Source: Amoebophrya sp. A120 (lineage: Eukaryota; Protista; Dinoflagellata). Taken from it: a stretch of DNA of 64,000 bases. Numbering within the stretch: the first letter of the stretch is position 1; each line of letters opens with the position of its first letter. This document shows, piece by piece, positions 59,621 through 64,000 of the stretch. The DNA is taken from NCBI GenBank assembly GCA_905178155.1, contig CAJINV010000005.1, forward strand, positions 7,246,989 through 7,310,988, given 5' to 3'. Below the pieces are notes generated by a model. The model did not search any database. It had not been told where the DNA came from and worked only from the letters and a program-made list of their open reading frames with translations. A program made the position numbers and the translations under genes.

Positions 59621-60715
59621 TGTTCATTTCACTTGTTAAATTATGGTTAATTTTGGTCGCGAAATCGATCGCCTTTAGAGCGTGCGCAGGCGCGAAGAGT
59701 CGCGCGCGCACGCACATGCGCAAGGCAGCAAGCGCTGCACTTGTCGCACTTACACTACGCATGTCATGCGTATTCGCGCGATTGATGGAGCCTCTGAAAG
59801 ATGCCGAAAATCCAAAACCTGATCACGTCACGATAGCAAAAGTTCCGGCCAGGATCAGCCTCAATTGAGGGCAGATCCAATCCGTCATAAGTCGCGCGTT
59901 CGAAATTGCCCTAAAAGTTGATAGATCTGATCATGCTCAGGTCGTAAATCTCGACCTCGCTAAATGTGAGAGGTTCGAAAGGCGAAGGCCTTGCCTCCTA
60001 ATATATTCCGCGCCAGCAGATGCTGGCAGCGAGCAAGACGCGCGTGTTTGCGCGCCCCGCCTAACATTAAATGCGCACGGCCGGACAAGGGCAGAGGCCC
60101 CTGCGCAATGGCCAGGCTAGATGGGTGCCAAACGTCACCCACTTATGAGAAAGCGCCCCGAGGGGCCCGAAGTAGGGCTGATGCCCTACAGCAGCTGTGG
60201 TTGCTAGGTGTTGCAGGCACATGTGATGTGATCGCGCTGCAGAAGAAAACTGCGTAGCAGGCACCGTGGCAGTGCCAGGTGCACGCGCGCGGCCGACCGC
60301 AAGCGCGCTGCCGCTCGTAAATTTGCGCATTTCACCCTCCAAAAGGGGGGGGGTACTATCGCAAATTTTAAAATATCGATGTGATTTCGCGGCCTGTGAA
60401 TTTAAATTTGAAATTTAGCACTGTATTTCGCTCGAAGTAGCGATCGAAATTAAATGTAAACACACCACCCAGGGTTTCGCGTTTTCAATCTCGAGAGGAT
60501 TGTCACAAATTTCGCAAGAGCGTACTACAGCCACCTGGCACGAGAGTACCGCTACCAATTTCGCACGAGAGATTCGTCGCATTTAACTTTCGCACGAGAG
60601 ATTCGTCGCTCCTACTTTCACACGAGGGATTCGCTGTTGCTTCGTCTAGTCTTAGGCTACGCACAAGCTACACATCTGATATACTTGCTCCCATCCAACT
60701 ACAAAGAGCTTAAAA

Positions 60716-63406
60716 ATGGAAGGCGTCGAAGGTGTCCGTATGGAGGCCGAGATGAGCAACGCGTGGCCGGAGCGTTTTTTCCCGGATAACCCGGCAAAGG
60801 CGCAATGCAAAGCCTTCTGGAAGAAGTATGTCTGTGACACTAAACCCGATGGCAGCAATAGCGGCGACATGATCGCTGACCCGCTCCTGCGCAAAGCGGT
60901 TGGCTCGGCCATCTTCGAGATTCATGGCGCCAAGGTCGTCACGGTTGATGGCGATTTCGCTAGCCTGAAAAAGGTCTTGGAAGAGACCTCCATGCCGTGT
61001 TTGGCGAAGGTTGCCGAGGTGAACCCGACCCGGGCCGACCTCAAGGAGGTCGGGGCTTCCGGGCGTATTTTGAGTGTGTTGCAGATTTTAGTCGCGCAGC
61101 AGAAAGAACAGAAGCAGAACGATGCTGCGCAGCAGCTTCAGGACGCCGCTCGCATGATGGCGAACGTGAGTGGTTCGGCCACCGGCGGCGCCGTCGCCTT
61201 GCCGAAAAAAGTGGTCGATGTAAATGCCCGCATTGTAGCACTGGGGCTCCAGGACATGGAGCAGCACCACCTTCCCAGTTCGGAGCAGGTGAACGCGGCT
61301 CGCCTCCAGATCGAACGGGGGACGAAGTACCCCTACAACGACCTCAAAGCCCGGCCGTGGTACCCGAAGAACGCCCACGAGTGGCAGGTGAAAACTGGCC
61401 TTAGCGCGGTGGATCTGAGTGATGCGGTTCGTGACGCCGCGTCGAAGTCTGGGCTCGACTCCCGGGCAGCTGAGAAGCAAGTCCTGGTAGAAGTCCAGAC
61501 GAAGGCAAAACAAACACCGCTCCCGTGCTCGCAGTATTTGTACCTGCTACGCAAGTCGAACCTGGCCTGGGTCATCGCTTTGGATGACCCGACGGTCGAC
61601 CGGGACGCCTTCAAGATTTTGATGTTGTACGACGCCGCGACTCTCGACGCCATGAATTACTACGGCCAAAACAGTGTCATGGCGTGCGACACTTCCCTCC
61701 GCCTTTCGCTCCAAGAAGAGAGCAAAGCGTCCGGGTTCAGCTTGGTGGCGAGCTTGGAAAAGTACAAAGGGAACCGCTTCGACCAGTTCATGTCTCTGAA
61801 GAGGCAGCGAGAACTCGAGGAGCGCCAGCGCACTGACGCGAATAAATTCCAGCGCGCCACTGATGGCGGAAAAGGAAAAGGAAAAAATAAGAACGGCAAG
61901 GGCAAAGGATATGGAAAAAACAAAGGCACCAATGACACTGCTTCCCCGGGCGCCGGGGGGACGCATAACAAGTCCGATGGCTCACAAAACAAGGGCAAGG
62001 GGTCAACTTCTACGTCTACTACGACGCAGAAGAAGGAAGGCGAGCGACTAATCTCCGATGAGATGCACGATCGAACTGTTCAGAACGCGTGCAAAATTGA
62101 TGAACTCCATGTGCGATTTTTCAATAATGGCGTTGAACGTGAAGAAGAACTACCTGTACGATGCCGCGATAGCAACGATGCAGTTGAGAAAGAACTTCCT
62201 GTACGATTTTCCAATAGCACGACTAACGAATTAGTAGAAGAGCTTCCTGTACGATTTTCGAACTCCCAGAAAGGCCTTGCAGTCGAGGACTGCAACACAG
62301 TAACCCCCTGCCCACCATGTACAATTTCGCACTCACCTCGTTGTACGATGCCGCCCGCGGCTCCCTGGAAAAATCAAGAACATCCCGTAAAAGGTGCCAG
62401 CGCGCTGGAAGAAGTCCCTCAGCAGGATACAAAGACTGCGCTTGACTCGCGGACTCCGCTCGTCACGTCAGAAGCAGTCGGTAGCAGCAGCACTGGCTGC
62501 GCATCTTCCAGTCAACGTCAGGACCAGTTGCAGCACAGCCTCCCCACAAGATACCCACTTCGAGTTGCTTCATCACTGGCGAGCCCAGCCAGGCGGGAGC
62601 TAGCAACCAAATTTCAGAACAAGCACTATGTAGACCGTTGGGAGGAGTTAATGAAGTCCGGGGTGGACGCTTCCTGCTTCTGCGCTCCGGAGAGAGACAA
62701 CAAGCGAAGGGTTTATTTGAGGGATGAATTCGAAGAAGAGTCGGACTCGTGGTCAGACGATGACCAGCATGCCACAAGCCAACCGCAGCAAGTCGCAGAT
62801 ACGCCTAAAGGCGATGAAGGTGCCGGGCCTAGTGCCGGGTGTAGGTACAAGCACCTGTCCCGGTCCCAGGTGCTCTCACTGAGGCAGAGAGGCGTTTATA
62901 TGTCGATAGACGCTGCCTCAGTGCGAGAGCATGTATCTTTGGCGCTGCAGTTCAAATTTCCAGAGATCGCTCCCGACCCATTGCCACTAGACCTTCTGGA
63001 GGCGGTGGAGTTCTCCGCCGAGGACGTGAGCAAAAGGCAGAAGGCCCGGCGGGCCGCACTGGATTATTGGGCCGGTAGAAAAGAGGTCCTGAAGGTCGGA
63101 GACTGGCCAGACAGCAGACCGGAACTCAATCGCATCGAGTACAGGCTGATGCAGGAGATGATGGAGATGGTCGGGATCTTCGGCGGGCGCCTCGTGGAGC
63201 GCCTGGAGATCGGTTTTCCGGTTGTTGGGGTTTTCGACGAGCCTGCAGTGTTCGAACGAAAAAACAGGTCTCGTCCCATAACCACTGTTGGTGAGCTCTG
63301 CAATAGCCGCGAGCAGATCCTTCGCGACATCGCTCGAATAGCCGGGCGCGAAGAGCCCGAGGGAGGAGTCAGAGCGAATTTGGGCGAGCTTCATCGAGGA
63401 ATGTGA
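60716..63406 (+). CDS. Gag-like polyprotein plus pre-RT region of the retrotransposon
   Basis: 896 aa intronless ORF with a GKGKGK basic tract, ELPVR repeats and LEIGFPVVG pre-RT motif. Confidence 0.75.
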   Translation: MEGVEGVRMEAEMSNAWPERFFPDNPAKAQCKAFWKKYVCDTKPDGSNSGDMIADPLLRKAVGSAIFEIHGAKVVTVDGDFASLKKVLEETSMPCLAKVAEVNPTRADLKEVGASGRILSVLQILVAQQKEQKQNDAAQQLQDAARMMANVSGSATGGAVALPKKVVDVNARIVALGLQDMEQHHLPSSEQVNAARLQIERGTKYPYNDLKARPWYPKNAHEWQVKTGLSAVDLSDAVRDAASKSGLDSRAAEKQVLVEVQTKAKQTPLPCSQYLYLLRKSNLAWVIALDDPTVDRDAFKILMLYDAATLDAMNYYGQNSVMACDTSLRLSLQEESKASGFSLVASLEKYKGNRFDQFMSLKRQRELEERQRTDANKFQRATDGGKGKGKNKNGKGKGYGKNKGTNDTASPGAGGTHNKSDGSQNKGKGSTSTSTTTQKKEGERLISDEMHDRTVQNACKIDELHVRFFNNGVEREEELPVRCRDSNDAVEKELPVRFSNSTTNELVEELPVRFSNSQKGLAVEDCNTVTPCPPCTISHSPRCTMPPAAPWKNQEHPVKGASALEEVPQQDTKTALDSRTPLVTSEAVGSSSTGCASSSQRQDQLQHSLPTRYPLRVASSLASPARRELATKFQNKHYVDRWEELMKSGVDASCFCAPERDNKRRVYLRDEFEEESDSWSDDDQHATSQPQQVADTPKGDEGAGPSAGCRYKHLSRSQVLSLRQRGVYMSIDAASVREHVSLALQFKFPEIAPDPLPLDLLEAVEFSAEDVSKRQKARRAALDYWAGRKEVLKVGDWPDSRPELNRIEYRLMQEMMEMVGIFGGRLVERLEIGFPVVGVFDEPAVFERKNRSRPITTVGELCNSREQILRDIARIAGREEPEGGVRANLGELHRGM

Positions 63407-64000
63407 AGCTGGGGCATTGGATGGCCCCTACGACCTTGATTGCCCGCACGAGAGGAGCAACCTGCCGGAGGACTTTCTCCCGCTGCGCCGCTTTATCGTC
63501 ACGCAGAATTCGCATTCGGGGTCAACTCAGACTTACCGCACGAAGCACCGCCCGTGCGACAATGCAAAGAGGAGCCGCCTGAACGATGGCTGTGCCGTCC
63601 GCACACCCATCCAGTTGATGGGGGGCGAGCACTTGAACGCGACGGCCATCGGGCTATTGCGGGCGCTGCGTAGGTCGACACCACAAGGGGAACCGGTCCC
63701 GGGGGTGAGTTTTATCAAAAAGGACATGAAGAAAGCCTATCGGCAGCTTCTTGCCTACCACCGGTTTGTGGTAGTTGTTGCGAAACACCCGACGACAGGC
63801 AGGCTGCATGGGGCCACGGCCCGGGCTCTCCTATTCGGAGAGGAAGCGGCCGTCATCAACTTCAACATCTACAGCCTAGTTGCGGTTGCGCTCGGCAGGA
63901 GGATCCTGCGACTCCCCCTGACAAGTTACTTCGACGACTTCGCCAACCCCATAGTCTCGGCCGACGTTCTGCAGGCGTCGGCGGATCTTGATCAACTGTT
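63362..64000 (+). CDS. Reverse transcriptase domain (frame-shifted continuation, 3'-partial)
   Basis: Open frame EECEAGALDGPY..RRFIVTQ..KHRPCDNAKRS..KKDMKKAYRQL..ALLFG..YFDDF. Confidence 0.9.

Larger units (their letters stand above)
59621..64000 (+). mobile_element. Retrotransposon, probably tyrosine-recombinase (DIRS/Ngaro-like) class; runs past the window end
   Basis: Abrupt junction inside an introner, ~1.1 kb non-coding leader, then an intronless gag-like ORF fused to RT. No protease motif seen. The YR domain is not in the window, so the class is inferred from the RT motif style. Confidence 0.75.

Noticed and set aside
52262-62580. Peptide match LPSRFPLRVASFL (52265) to LPTRYPLRVASSL in the retroelement ORF (62540)
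   Set aside because: The spliced glycosyltransferase uses a different frame there (YFSHRDSHYGWRPSFV) and the DNA similarity is weak, so I treated it as chance.

Overview
This is a eukaryotic window, most like the parasitic dinoflagellate Amoebophrya (inferred from intron architecture and MKGGGKGMM-type protein tails; I did not verify the organism). Genes lie almost all on the + strand and are broken up by about 60 short (110-440 bp) inverted-repeat elements that begin TAT and end ATA, usually between 4-5 bp direct repeats (introners). Removing them by eye restores the reading frames. Main contents: (1) a ~20 kb putative giant DNA transposon (1341-21864; inner IRs 1803-21473) carrying a spliced pogo/DDE_1-type transposase and uncharacterised cargo genes, whose outer arms are homologous to a 1.15 kb TIR element with a TAA target duplication at 41662-42813; (2) a large Cys-rich single-pass membrane protein gene (~25.3-39.2 kb); (3) a tail-anchored ORF; (4) a nucleotide-diphospho-sugar transferase (GT77-like) gene split by about 31 introners; (5) a gene whose introner is interrupted by a DIRS-like retrotransposon running off the window end. 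A ~50 bp motif recurs at several element breakpoints. No rRNA, tRNA or CRISPR array was seen. All splice models and family assignments are by-eye and need RNA-seq and HMM confirmation.
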